Source: Phoronis australis
Lineage: Eukaryota; Animalia; Phoronida
Length of the DNA stretch: 64,000 nucleotides
Assembly: GCA_002633005.1 (NCBI GenBank)
Contig: NMRA01000017.1
Location: 764,001 to 828,000, forward strand
Reading direction: 5' to 3'
Part shown: piece by piece, positions 13,401 to 27,722 of the stretch
How the letters are laid out: every line of letters begins with the position of its first letter
How positions within the stretch are numbered: position 1 is the stretch's first letter
The notes under the pieces: generated by a model
What the model saw: the letters and a program-made list of their open reading frames with translations, nothing else
The model's database searches: none
What the model was told of the DNA's origin: nothing
Position numbers and translations under genes: made by a program

Positions 13401-16400
13401 GTGCTAACCGTTAGAGTAAGACCCACAGGGTTTCCCGACGAAGGTTTAAAAATCCATTTCAGGAGGAGTTCTCTTTAGTAATGTGTTGCTAGATTTTGTG
13501 GTGTTTTATTAATATTTTATTTGTGACTGAGAGCAATTTGAAGAAATTAAAATATCTCTGACCTTCTTACCGATAGATGAAATTTATACGTGCGCATCTA
13601 GACTGAAAATTTATAGTAAGGTTTTCGTCACTTAGATCGCGAAAATGAATGCCAGGGAAACCTTAGTTATCCCGACGTTAAATTCTCACGTTTATGCATC
13701 CGTATATTTAAGTTAAGTTAAAACTTTCTCACTGTTGACTAAACACGGCTTGGGTTCCGTACACCCAGGACACTCTTGAAAAGACAAGTGTGATGACGTG
13801 CGTCGCTTGTAATGCACGGCCATATCGCGTGTGTTATTGCGTTTTCGCGAGTTTCTTGCATCCCGGAACTCAATCCTGGTTTAATTATATACTCTTTTAA
13901 TCCTTGCACTAAGGGTTTGTCTACTCATACATGTCGATGTTGAGATGAATTTAATTACATTAATATCATCACCTAGTGATGGCCTCGTTCTCATATTTCT
14001 ATTGCTAATCATCCAGTTTTTATTTTTAGATAACTAAGGCAAATGTCACAAATCAATATATCAATCAGTTTTAGTCATCTCATGTCAGTCAACAGTTTCA
14101 AGTATTTATCATTTCTCTGGACGTGCCATCGACGCAGGCAAAGCTTTCATGCCTGTTCATTAGCTCTCATGGTATTAAGTCCATATGGATTGTATGCGCG
14201 GATTACATTTATATCTAACATGAAATTAAACCGGTTTCTTCTCACCAGGAAGACGCAGGGGGTTGCTCTTGGGATTTCGTTTACGGTATTTGCTAACGTT
14301 ACTTCAGAATTTTAGGATATTGTGATATTGTGGTTGTTGCGATGAATTTATAGGAAATGTTTTTGCGCAGATGAAACTTGCTTCGTCTTCCACTTCTGAT
14401 TAGAACATCAGCCAACCTTAAAACCAATCACTGATTATCAAATTACGACAATTTTTAACTTCTAACTGAAACATGAACGCGTACCTCATTTTGGGCTGAC
14501 ATGGAAATTAGGAGCATAAGCTAAAGACCGAATTGTGGGTAGTAGGGTGATAGATCAAATAATTTGAGAGTCAGGCGATGATCCAAATAATCACTTACGT
14601 TTAGACAAACAGGCCCTTATGCAAAAGGCCTAGATTGCAAGCGTCTCTCAAACAATCCCTACTGTAACCTGGAAACAACATTTAAATAACACATTTATGT
14701 CTTAAACATCATTGGTAACGGTTCTGGGTCTATCACATTTTAGCAGATTTTCCTCTTGTAAATAAAAGTCACCATATGGACCTAAATCAAACGTTGCTTT
14801 TGACTGCTCGATCGCGTCTCTCACGATGTCTTCACTCATTAGAAGTGCGTTTAACACAATAAACTGAAAGTTGAATTGATTAAGCGAATATTAATCAATT
14901 TAATTTATAAATGACATGTTTAGATTGCTTCTTAATGTTACCATTAATCATAGCTTAAGTCTAACTAGCGGATAATCTAAAGTACGCCACCGTATAGGCA
15001 GCTAACCATGTAAACTCGATGGAGGAATAGACTAAAATCATACCTAGAGAGCTTACTCGAGGAAAGCGGCTTCGTGATAATAATGTAATTTAACTCGAGG
15101 AAAGCAAACATTATACGGCAAAAAACAAAATGAGAAAACAAACTTCGATCTGTGTGTTCAAATGAAATTGTATATCGCTCGAACAGTTGTTTAGAGGCAA
15201 GTCAAACTTTTGCCGATTTCAAAATGATTTTCATTTTGTTCACGGATGGGCCCATGGTCTAAAGAAGAACTGCTGCGTTATCTCTGTTCAATGTTAAAAC
15301 GTGTGGGGATTTTGAAAGCACATTTCGACTAAGTTACTTATCACTTATTGGTAGTAATATGTTCTTCATCTATCAGGTCACCGTCATAATCCATCAACAC
15401 AGCTTTAAAAATAACGTTCGGGATCAATGCCATCAACATAACTTATACGTAACAGGGTCTTTGGATGTTATAAGTTACAGGGCCAAGAAACTTTACATTT
15501 TAAGACGTTTGTGGTCAACTTCGGAGATTTTTGTAAGCCCATATAAGTGACTGAATCGCTATTGTAGACGTTGTATTAAATTGTTTGGTACTGGGGCTGG
15601 GATTGAAAATGTGCAGGCGTCTCGGCCACTACGCACCGCTACCACGACTGAAATGCAAGAGAACTATTAATTGCTTACTCAGACCGGATGATATATCCCG
15701 ATCTTGCTCACTGCAACACTATAACTGACATCAAAATTTGCTTTTTTTCAATTTATTTTATTTTCACGGAGATCGGCTAAAAAGGTTCAAATCATATTTT
15801 CATGTAGTAAGTAGAATTTATCAAAATTAACTAAAAGTGGAAGTTAAATGTTCTCTTTCAAAGCAATTCTAGAAGTCACTGCATGACCATAATGCCATCG
15901 TGAAAATACTACTTAAATAAACAATACCTTGACTTACATATTTATTACTTCAAAAAGACAAAGCGCTAACTTCTGCAATGCCCACTTCACCAACCTTTAT
16001 ATCCCAAGATAACAATAATGGCAGCTGTGTGTACGAGCTGTCGCAAAGATATGAGCACACGGTGAATGATAAACAACACATGCAACGGGTTTGTTCTTTT
16101 CGAAAAAATAACAACATCCAGGCGTCTATAAGTGGTTAGAAATTTGTTTTATTGTATGCGAACTCCGTTTGCTAATTGCATGGAGAGCGTTCCGTAAGCT
16201 TAGTTTCTTGACAAAAGACAAGATCTCACAAAATCACGCAAACGAAAAGCGAGTGCATCGCAAGTATACGCGGGACATTGCTATCTGATCCTAACAAAAT
16301 GGCGCCCACTGCAGTTATTGGTCGATGAGGTTAGATGTTGAATTATGCGGCAAAATTCATCAATTATGTGATCGAATTCACAGTTTCCGGTCTGAATCCA

Positions 16401-18549
16401 CGGTTCGGACCTCTCTAGCTCCCCGAAAATGAAAAAACTGGGTTGGTCAGATTTGATGAAAAGTATGTGGACTTAATGAGGAGTGATTGTCGTGAATGGT
16501 ATTCAGTAGTTCTTTGAAGTTGTTTTGAGTAAAAAAAGTCCAACCATCTTCTTTCTGCCTCGTGTTATCCTGATTTGGAACCACCGTTATTTTGAAAACA
16601 CTTCTTTGATCAGGCCAAAATTTTTGTTTCAAATACAGGTACATGCAGAATGGAAATTGGAAAAAAATGTAGTTGAGACACATTTTAGCCTAAATTTCTG
16701 GAATCTAAGTGTAAACAACGTTTGGAATTTTTCTTTGCTGTGAGACCCGAACAGTCGTGAGTTTGTGATTTTGGGAGAAAATTCGCATTTTTGGGCCAAT
16801 TTTTGGCATCTCGATTTTTTTCTGGTGGGTATACCAAGGCAAGAAGCCATGACTTCGTTGATTTCTTTATCCAAGATAAAATACATCGAGTGGGCTTTCT
16901 GCAATTGTCAGCTGATGCGAGACAGGACAATAGCTTTTGTTGAACGACTTTGTGACTTTCGGACAAGATCAGCCAATGAAACAATTGGCGATTTTTCGCC
17001 GCAAGTGCAAGCTAACATCTTGCGGTCTACAAAATTCAGCCGTGGTCATAATCTAAACGTGCAGTTGCTCGATGCAATAGTACATAACACATGTGAAGTA
17101 TTAACATCAAAAACAAAGAGCCTAAGAAATAACGTTTGAAGTTGTTTTGATCTATAGGCTTAAGATGAACATTCAAAAAATCACTAATAGTGGCACGGCC
17201 CTACTAACCAATACAAACGTCCCGCAAAAGTTTCATGAAGTTATATTCCCAGATAACAGCGTGTTTTATCCCTTTGCAATCATGAGACTTAAGTGATTCA
17301 TATTTGTGGCTTGTAGCTAATTAAACATCGTTCGGAGGTTTTGCTTTCCATTATCTTGATGGCTCATTAATAACACATACGAAAAAATATATATCCAAAA
17401 ACATGCTTTTCCGCCACCCAAATTGAAACGACCAAGCTAATCGTGTTTTTGACGTCTTCCGGTTTGAATAAAACAATATTTGCACTTGATTGACTTCGTC
17501 AATTTCGCCGGGTCATCTGATTGGTTCGCAATGACGACTTCCGGCTTACAAAATAATCAAATGTCTTAGCCGGTTGAGCGGTTAACCCGGCGAAGTTAAT
17601 TACATGCAGCCAATTAGTCTTAAAGTGACCAGGAGTGCGTTCCGTAGACGCGAGAAACTTGAGTAAAAGCATGGTCATGCAAGACCACACAAAATCACGA
17701 AAGTGAAAGCCAAGAGATTCGCGAGTATGTTCAAGACTTAAGCTACTAAAATACCCTTGCAAAGTGGTGGCCAATAAAGTAATTTGTCGTTGATGTTGCA
17801 ATGTCGAATTATGCGATAGAGTCCAGTTTCCGTTCCATCACAGACTATAGAACAGGGCCAACTCCGTATACTTTCAATGGACGAAATCTGTGCTCTTACA
17901 GAAGCAATGACGTCATTATTCAAATTATCTGGTGTTATTTCCGGCAAGTACGTCATCTGCTAATCATGGTCGGCTGTTGAGTCGTCACAATACTCTAACC
18001 GGAAACTGAAACAGATAACTTAGGAGAGTGGAGCTTCCTCTAGGATAGTACGCAAGAAAATGTCGGAGTTGCGAATCTGTTGTCTATAAGATTTCTTGCT
18101 GGAATTTCATAGCTAACATCTTGGATCTGCGGAACGTATCGCAGGCGTCAAAAGGACCCAGCGTCCTCCTGAAATCAGTTCCTGGTCTGCATGTTTTTCA
18201 GCAGACAAGCATCCGAGCAATCGTTGGATATAGTGCCCGTATGTTGGCATGCAAATGTCTTGAAGTAGTGTGAACAGTAGCGAAAATGATTGACTGACTA
18301 CATACCGTACATATGGTTGTTGCTAGCTGCCGGGAGAGGGGGTTACGCAACCCCAGGGGTCTTTGTTGATACAGCTCGCGGTGATTAACAATAAAAACAG
18401 CGACTATGTTGTACCTCTTCATAAGTAGACCTGTATTACCTATTTTTACTAACTAACAAACTGAGGTCCATTTCTCAACGGTAAGTGGTTTAAATAAAAG
18501 GTTGTTTTTGTGACGGAAAGCTGGTGTAGGACCGCTTGAACAATAATAT

Positions 18550-18800
18550 CTCCACAACCATCATCATCACCACCAACACAGCCACGACCATCGACGTCAC
18601 TACCACCCCCACCATCACCGCCGCCGTTACCATCACCAAAAGGAACACCGGCGCCACCACCGCGAAGCACCAAAACCAACACCATATCACAATAATAACT
18701 ATTTCTCGAAGCTTACCGAAAACGAGGGCAGTAACAACGCGTGATCGTGGTGATGTTGGTGGTGGCACATATAATGGTGGTGATAGTGTTTGTGATGATG
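18550..18800. repeat. Degenerate (ACC/ATC)n then (GGT/GAT)n low-complexity tract
   Basis: Trinucleotide-biased sequence that produces the Thr-, Gly- and Val-rich overlapping ORFs. Confidence 0.7.
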
Positions 18801-19683
18801 AGCAATGTAGGTCCACCTTGTGGTATTTGGAGTAATTACAATGGACGTGAAGTGATCTAATACCGTGTAGTACGAGACAAAATGCGCCTAATAACGCGAT
18901 ACGAGCACCAATTGACCCACAACCGTATAGTATAATTAAAGGGTCAACCTCAATTTTGTATGTTCCAGAAGTGACCATTGACCTATAGCGTAGTCACTTA
19001 GACACTTTGGCCGAAACCTGTGCACCGGAGCTTTAATACTGTAGGAGACACGTCATTTTGAAAACTAGATAACCTTTGTATTAAGTATCCCTGCGCGGTG
19101 CGTTATGAGCCACAGTACTTAAATAGAAGTGACGCAGCAGAATGCAAGGTGAGACAAAATTTCAGAAGCAAAATGCCCCTAACGATCCGATCGATAGTTT
19201 CTTGCATGTGCAAATCGTATTCTCAAATTTGTAGTGCCTAGCTCAAAACTAACTTATAAAATCTGATCGGTAGGTTGAATGGTTAAAGAAAAGTTATATC
19301 TTCAATTGGCGTAATGTCTTACACTTCTGCACTGAAGTAGATAAGTAAGTCTTTGAAGGTGCAGCTGGAGAAATAACATTTTGAAAGTTTGATGATAACC
19401 TTTGTACAAATCGATCCTTCCCAGTGCATCGCGAGCCATAATAGTACAATATCAGTAAATTAAACAAACATGTAGACAGCGTTGAGAATTAGAGACGCCT
19501 AGCTTTGATGCGGTAAAATACAAGCCGAATGAAAAAGTCGAATTTCGTAAAACAAATGCATCTAACGAACCGATAAGAGCACCAACCTAAAAATGGGATT
19601 GAAACGTGTTTACATGTACTGGCGTAAATTCGAAGACTTGCTGAAAATTTATGTTTGCATTCAATATGTATAATGCTATGCTC

Positions 19684-19857
19684 GAGTATACTATGGCTTA
19701 CCGTAACAAGGGAGTGTTGAGTATACTATGGCTTACCGTAACAAGGGAGTGTTGAGTATACTATGGCTTACCGTAACAAGGGAGTGTTGAGTATACTATG
19801 GCTTACCGTAACAAGGGAGTGTTGAGTATACTATGGCTTACCGTAACAAGGGAGTGT
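19684..19857. repeat. 35 bp minisatellite, 5 head-to-tail copies
   Basis: GAGTATACTATGGCTTACCGTAACAAGGGAGTGTT at 19684, 19719, 19754, 19789 and 19824, with no spacers. Confidence 0.97.
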
Positions 19858-22800
19858 CTAATTCATAATCACACTTGATGATCCCTAGAACCGAGCTACA
19901 AAACTCGAGTAATAACTTGAGATCTCGAGTAAAAACTCGAGATTCTGAGTTCAAACTCCAACTTTTATCTTCAATCCTTTGGTCATCAGGTGCAAGCTAT
20001 GATTAAAAAGTCATCGAATAACGCCATGATGAACTGAAGGAAATAATAATAGACATTTATCTTGGGTTTGTAACTGAAAATGTTACAAAATTACCAAGAT
20101 TATAAAGTGGGTCACGCGAAATATCCCTTTATGATCTCAAAACGCTAAAAATGTGCATTTAATGTTTCCTGTTGGTCAGTTTGTACATTGAGTGTTTCCT
20201 ATTAGCTTGAAAACTGAATATTTCCTATTGGTCAGTTTGTGCATTGAAGTTTCTTATCGGTCAGTTTTGGGGTCGAGTACGGAGACTAGAGCCCGGGCCC
20301 TGGTAATAAAACCAACTACTTTATTCACACGAGTGTTACTTACTCTTCCGAACCAATGTCATGGATTTTGTTTGAACGAAAATTGGTTACAATAAATTGC
20401 CTGGAAATTTCCTCACGATCATGTTGCCTTGACAACTGAAACTAATCCACCGTGACGAGCAAATTAACGATCAGTTCTGATCAACGCTAGAAATCGTTTG
20501 CATTCAGAGTAACGTATTGGTTACTGATAGAGCGATGTTCGACAGATCCCGCCGATTGAGTTCTGCCACTATGCTTTGCGTAATCGGATGACTTGTTATC
20601 AGATCAGAAGCAAAAATCTTTGACAACGTTAGCCAGTGCTTCTAAAAATCTTCCGATAATCCCCCGATTTGTTAGCCGGAAGCGTTATGCGACCAAGGCA
20701 TTAGAAAAAAGATGAGATCGATTTTATGACAATGAGTGGCCCCAAAAAAGCTGGTTTTTGATTTTTGCAACTGTTATAAAATTGTCTTCAACGGAAAAAA
20801 CAATCATACTGCCCATGGTTATTAAAGCGGTCTCATTTAGTTCCTTACTGAAAATGAAATAATAGTACTGGTGGTCGGACAGGTTATACCAGATGTGCCC
20901 AGGTCGTTCAACAGGCCCTACTGCACAAAACACCTGTGAAAACATTGTCTTCTTTATTGAAATATTTACACAAACACAAATATATACACGCGCATGGTAA
21001 GCTAGAGAACTGGCTTAAAAACCTACCATTGTGGTCCACTAGAATTCGAATCTGCAACCTTGAGAACAGGAATTAAAGCGGCCACACTGCCTCATCAGTT
21101 CTTTATTTAGAGGTGATTTTTTAGCTTAGACCAATGTACACATTTCGTTGATACGGTGACGAAAAGTGTAATTTGTATGCTCAGCTATGTCAAAACCCGA
21201 CTTAATTACTGTCCAAGTTAATACCAAAGACCAAAAACGGACTTCGTGTTCACTAAACGGTCTTTTCTGATTTTCGGTCTTAACTTAAGCAAAATTTTGG
21301 TCTTAGGACGAAAGCCACTTTTCATGAAACGGATCCCTGATAAGGAACAGATCAATTCGTCATTGCTTGAGAACAACATATTGGCATGTAACAACGGGCT
21401 CTTTCTAAGCCCAGAAGTCACTATAAGAAACAAGTCTAGACCATATTTACAGCGGTCAATGGCCTAAATAGATTCAATGTTCATGAAGGAAAGCTGATTG
21501 ACAGGAGCTTCAATTTGATACTCTTATTATTATCATATTCGTTGTTTTTGCACGCGTGTTATTTATTTAGAATTCTTAGTTTTTATGGACTAAAAGACGA
21601 GGTTGACACGCAACCTCATCGGGTTTTGACTTTTTAGTGGTATCAATATGTGTGCGCATCCAAGAGCGTGGATTTGACGGAGGAGTTATCCAATCCAGAG
21701 TTCATGAAGTGTCATGCAGGCGATCGTCTGCTTGGTAAAATGGCAGTTGATGTCTCCAGATCACGTTTGTCTACGTCTATACTGGCGGTACTAATTAGTG
21801 CTGCCGCCATCCCATAATCCTTTGTTTGAGTGACATCTCACGCTATCCGTAAATTATCAAATGTAAATGGGCCTAATTTTTACTGGTATTTCATTGAACT
21901 GTGTTGCTGACACGAATTATCATTATCCTGTTGATCGTCATCTCTACCAGACTTGAAACTGAACGTCTTTTTGGTGTAATGGTCAGAGGTGGAAACATAT
22001 CCACGACCGTACCTCTAAATTCCCGCTACTACGATCCTCTAAATCCCAGTCCCGGACCAGCAAATACTAAACTCGCGTTACAGATCTCTAGACCCGCACC
22101 CCTAAACTCCACACACGCACCTGAAATGCTCTAGGCACGTAGACTAATCTCTAGTCGTGTGGAAAAATTCCTCGTCACCCAGATTTCAATCCGAAGACTT
22201 ACTAGTTAATTTCTTCCCTCGTGGAAAAAACACGCTCCTGTGATACAGTGAAGATTAATGGGTTGTATAGGTGTTCCATAGAGTCGCTTAGACGAAACTG
22301 AAAATTGTACTTTCCCAAGCACTCAGTAAAACATGGTTCTTTTAACCTTCCATTAGAAATTAAGCAAGTAAACCCAAAATCTTGTGGCTACCAACAGGCC
22401 TTCCATGAGAGCTGATAAGAAGAACTCTCTGTTAGAATTTTAAAATTTTTGATTTATCAAAGAAATCAACTTTCGCGGAATACGCCAACAAGAACAATAA
22501 CGTAGTTAAGTAGTCAAACGTAACCCTGCTTGGCAAGGAAGCTATGGAGCCTATCCTGATCTGGCACACGCCTTACGCTATTCATAGAGATGAACGTGGT
22601 CTTACTCCATTTTTGAATGCAATGTTCCCCACGCCACACGACGGGAAAACTCAACATCACTGACGAAAATGTCAGTCACAGGGCAACGAAATAATCAGAG
22701 GTAATTTTGCCTAATTTGTCACGAAAGTTAAGAGAACGATGATGACATTATACAATCTAACTTTTTAGTGAAGTTGGTTACTCAATTTCTCAAGCACACG

Positions 22801-23473
22801 ATTGTCAATTTCTGTTGAATACTAACAAAATACCACGCAATACTAAATATTTTTCTGAGAAAAATATCTGGGAGTGTAAATAACAGAGCATCCTGTATAG
22901 TTATTATCATTTTCACTTGTTAAAACAACGCATCTTAGTCCTAACCTCGCGTTATATAACCAGCCATTGGTATAGAAAGAGTGTCCATTAAACCCATGTA
23001 GATATTCCCGTGTTGTGATGAGGGTCGAGTGATCTGTAAAAGTAGTGAAACACGATGGACACGTGTGGTAAGTAAACAGTATAAGTATGTGCACGATGCT
23101 GGCATAGCTTGAGGATTGTGGCAAATCAGCACTAATAACGTTGTGAAACCCCGCGATATCTGAATACAGGGCTATGTTCTGTAGACGGGTACATTTGTTT
23201 GCATTTGTGACGAGAAATCTTCACTTGGTGGAATGGAGACACTGAATTCAATCTCTCAGTTGAACAGCCTACTTTGGCCAACCGGTCAGTTCAGGACCGC
23301 CATTTTGCCAAGATCAACTAGCAAACTCCCGAGCATACTCGCGAAACACCTGCTCTTCACTCGCGTAATTTTGCGAGGTCTTGCGACATCTTGATTTTCT
23401 CACAAGAAGCTAGGTCTACCCTGTACTCTCCATGAGTCGAGTACTCATATAACATACCGAATCGTTGGATTTG

Positions 23474-23511
23474 CTGCTGGTACTGCTGGCAGTGCTGCTG
23501 TTCCTGGTGCT

Positions 23512-23557
<46 letters not shown>

Positions 23558-23594
23558 CTGATGAGGATGATGATGATGATGATGATGATTGATT

Positions 23595-23636
<42 letters not shown>

Positions 23637-23657
23637 ATGATGATGATGATGATGATG
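23474..23657. repeat. Compound microsatellite: degenerate (GCT)n followed by (GAT)n
   Basis: Directly visible; explains the poly-His, poly-Met, poly-Asp and poly-Ile ORFs. Confidence 0.96.
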
Positions 23658-25884
23658 GTCGTGACAACAGTGGCCACTAGAGGAGATTCAATTTTTTTGA
23701 GACATACGGAAATTTACAAGGAACTACTGAACGACGTTTTTGTGTTTTTTTACGAGTTTTCGTGTATGATGGCCGTAACCAGCTTTTGGCTATGTCATTT
23801 ACCGAAAGAACTGTTTTGCATTAATAACATTTTAAAAGCTGTTTTGAGTAATTGAAGTGACAACGGTATAATGTACAAATGAACGCAGATTACTGGGATC
23901 TGTTTTTATCGTATTTAAATTTAAGAGCGTTTTTGGAATTTCTGAGAAACATTTTGTAGGCTGAAAACACTTCCGTTCAGAAAATAAGCTAATAGACAAT
24001 TAGACAATGGCTTCCTTCCACAGACCCAGGACATTAGCAATGCACTTGGGGCGAAAGATTTTTTATGGAACCGAAACACTGAGTTCTTTCCCACGTATGG
24101 TGAATTTTATCCCGTAATGCAATGTTCCAACCTCACCAATTAAACAATCACTTCAGTGGCCTTCCATTTCCAAGTATGGTATCCTGCTTTTTCGCTATTT
24201 TCTCGCATCTACGAAACATTTGCAAGGTAAGCAATTGCTAAGACCACACACTTTCTGCTATTTTATGAATAGACCACGGAGTGTGAAAGTTTCAGCCATA
24301 ATAATGCAAAGAAGACTTTTCAGTTCGCGTTTTCGGCAAAACTTGTTGCAGGGTTTTGCTTATTTCATTGCAACCGGTAAGCGTGATAATCATTTCCTCA
24401 AAGAAAAATCACGCGCTAGGATCTTTAATTTTATTTCTATGAGCTTTCTGTGTACAAAAAATATTCATTTTAGTTCAAAACTACATAAAACGGATTTTAA
24501 CGCAGGTTTTTAGTTCAGTCGAAACATAAACCCAAATAATTCTCAGTCAACACAGATCCAAATATTTCTAAACTTAGTGAATCTGTTCTGAATTTTCTAG
24601 TTTATGTTTATTTTGTTAATGCACCACCATGTAAAATGGCCGCTGTGGTGAGTGACAGCTGACTGATGCATTATGGGTACTAACTCAACTGCTGCCGCAT
24701 TTTGCTCGCACACTTTTAAAAAATAAACTAAAAATCATTATAAAATAATACAAACACAAAAAAGGCTGAAACTTTCAAATTGTTTAATATATTTTGGCGA
24801 AGTTCATTCTGAATGTAAAGGCAAGAATTGCTTTGAGGGAAGGGTAATGCCTCATCATCAGTTTTGAAATTTCTGAGGAGTTGCTAGAAACAAAAACGAA
24901 ACAAATGTTTTTACAGCTTTAGCTTGTATAGTGCAAGTGCTCGAACACATCCTGACAATGCATACTCAGGAAACGAAACAGCGATATTCTCAGTGGATAC
25001 CTTTGTATTTTTTATTGATATGCCAAATGTTGTGAAATTTTGATCATCCCTCAAAACACAGCAGGGGAAACTAAACAAAACAAAAAACGAATAAGAAATA
25101 TTTATGTTTGATCAGTTCTGGCATCGCTTATTGCAGTTGTTATATCAGCTTAGCTATAACATTGCCTTACCACACTGTGAACACTCCAATTTTCCATTCA
25201 GTTGCTACAGAAATCAAAAAGAAACTGACGATCATTCAAAAAACAAACAAATTAAAAGAAGAAGAGTGAAAAATACTCAAAGCATGACACGTAACTCGTC
25301 AATTTTTCAGTTTTCAGTTGGAGAACTTTACTTGTCATGGATCCAGATTTATCACATCCCCTTGTTGAGTGCAACGTTGCTTTTAGAAAAGTTTTTTATA
25401 GCGTAGTACATCTTAGTAAAAAGGAGTTTTGTGCATGTGTGCTAACAAAGAACTATCTTCTCTCGATATCTTATAAAATTTGTCACGTTATCAAACGAGC
25501 ATGTGAGAAAGATGAGGTAATGCCGCGCTTTCTGACCTTACTGAGATCAAATAACGTAACCTGTCATCAAAATACTTTTAAATTTCATTACAATCACAAT
25601 TAACTTCAGTCAAGAACAATCAGAAAGCCATGTTTTTCATGATGCCTACCGGTGTTCCTGCACGTTTATTGGTCCTCAGATGCAGGCAATTCTCACATAA
25701 ATGGAGATAAGAAATTGTATTGCTTCCAGCAAGTATTTATGCACATTCGCCATCTACTGGTCGTCGTGTACAAGTCTTACATACGTGTAAATGTAAATGC
25801 AACTAGCTTATATTGAACTATGAGTTGATTTATGCGGATGTTTAGTGAAGATTGCTACAATTGGATTTTTTACGATTCAGGTAA

Positions 25885-26070
25885 CCAGTGGGGCAATTTA
25901 TCACATGAAATCGTGTGCTTGAATTAATCGGTGGGCTCCCAACGGTTGCACCCATTGTATGCTCCGGGAGAGTTGAGAAGGACTAAGATTGACCGGGTCC
26001 ATACCCATGTAGTACTTTTTGAAGTGGTTACTAATTCACAGCACTACATAAATCTGGTCTGATTATTATA
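25885..26070 (+). mobile_element. Probable SINE 3' body/tail remnant
   Basis: TGTATGCTCCGGGAGAGTTGAG ... GCACTACATAAAT...ATTATTATAA resembles the L2-type tail ending in (TTA)n seen in invertebrate SINEs. Recognition by eye only. Confidence 0.4.
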
Positions 26071-27629
26071 ATTGTTTTTAATTTCGGCATTATGATATTA
26101 TTTTATTTGGCTCCAAAACGTCAAAATAACGTCATGTTACGCAAGCAAATTGGAGTATTTAAATGATAATGTGTAACGTAATTGTTTATTCCGGGTTTTG
26201 TTTTGCTCGTACACCATTTCGTCTACATGGATTGTGTGATGTTCAAGCTTGAGCGAACGTTCTTTACGCTATATGGTTTTGAATTTCCGCAAATCCATGT
26301 CTAAAAGGGACATCCACAATTTACCCTGAGAATTATGACAGTTGCGTGACGTGTATTATCGCCCGCAAACCCTTATCTCGTTATGCAGGCTACCAATCTT
26401 ATGTAATACCGATAGTTATCACATGATTTTGACAGGTTATTAAGGTTCAACTGACCAATGAACGGTTCAATATTTAAGAGTCAACAATTGAACACTAGTA
26501 ACTGTGGTATTACGAACCAATCACTATTATACCGCTGCTGCGGCAACTCCGTCTTTCCCTTTTAGTTTTTATGTATAAAGTACTGGATATTTAAACGTGA
26601 TTCGATTCCGTGAAATTTCTACTCGCACGCCAAGACTTTAACTACTGTCCCACGATTACGTCACAACACTCGAAAATCTTTTAAAGCTTCATTGAATCCG
26701 TGCTTTCTGTCAAAAACAAGTTTTAATTTAGGCCACTTTAAGTATAAAATCGCTGTTATCACGTTCCTTACTCAGTTCAGAAGTGATCCCTCGGCTCAAT
26801 AAGAACTGACAGTTTGTTGTTTTTATACCAGGCTCAGAAAACTTCAGCTCACGCCGTGATATGAAAGTATGAGCTTCACCTGAGCAAGGGAAATTTCGAA
26901 ACCACCTTTACAAAGTTAAATTTCCTAAACCACGCGTTTTTTGCACAAGGCACGGGTTTATTACCGCTTTAAGCATTTCTTGCCGTCCAGATACTGACGT
27001 CACAAATTTTAATCACTACCTAAATGGAAATTATCAAGCAGGATATTCAAGGACACAAGACATGTCTTGAAACTTTCAACACCATGGCAAATGATTTCCG
27101 TTCCCAAAAAGGTCACATTTCACTGAATTAAGGTCCAGTTTGGGGAATGTTTATTTTATTAGGGCCTTGCATTGGACGGGTACACTTTGAAGATATGTGG
27201 TTCTTGGGTAAGGAAGACGTTTGCAAGTGAGCGCGGAATAACTACACTGCAATCAATTGCCATAAAACTGTGACCCTGGATAGGGACCCCAGAGGTTAAA
27301 TCCAGCACTGGTAGTTGACAAATATTCTCCAAAAGTTTCCACCTCATATTTCTCGATGACTACTCCTGCACCCCCCGCCCCCCCCCCCTTTACGCCTTTA
27401 CCTGTGATTTCACTCTCACTCCTGCACATAGTTAGGACGCTCATACCCTCCCGCTCCCATGACTCCTAAATGCCTGTTTAGTGTGTATGCGTGCCTAACT
27501 TCACGAGTAGGGGGATGCGCACGCTTCCCTTACCCCCACTTTCTCCACCTATGCAAAGGTTATCAGTGACACTTAACAAAACAAGGCGAGACATTAAGAT
27601 GCTAAAACTACAGGCAATACAAATAACAA

Positions 27630-27722
27630 CGAATAAATAAAATATAATAATTATAATAATAATGATGATTATAATAACAATAACAATAATAATGTCAATG
27701 ATAATGATAATGAAAATAATCA
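27630..27722. repeat. Degenerate (AAT/GAT)n microsatellite
   Basis: Directly visible; source of the poly-Ile ORF. Confidence 0.8.

Noticed and set aside
16447-17139. Stack of overlapping ORFs on both strands
   Set aside because: No recognisable motif; the T-run-rich sequence looks like non-coding repeat interior.
18449-18978. Thr-rich mucin-like, Gly-rich and hydrophobic ORFs
   Set aside because: Low-complexity trinucleotide sequence open in several frames on both strands, with no domain or splice support.
19684-19857. CRISPR-like array (35 bp repeats)
   Set aside because: The units are directly adjacent with no unique spacers, there are no cas genes and the context is eukaryotic; it is a minisatellite.
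23357-23855. Poly-His, poly-Met, poly-Asp and poly-Ile ORFs
   Set aside because: All are readings of one (GAT)n microsatellite.
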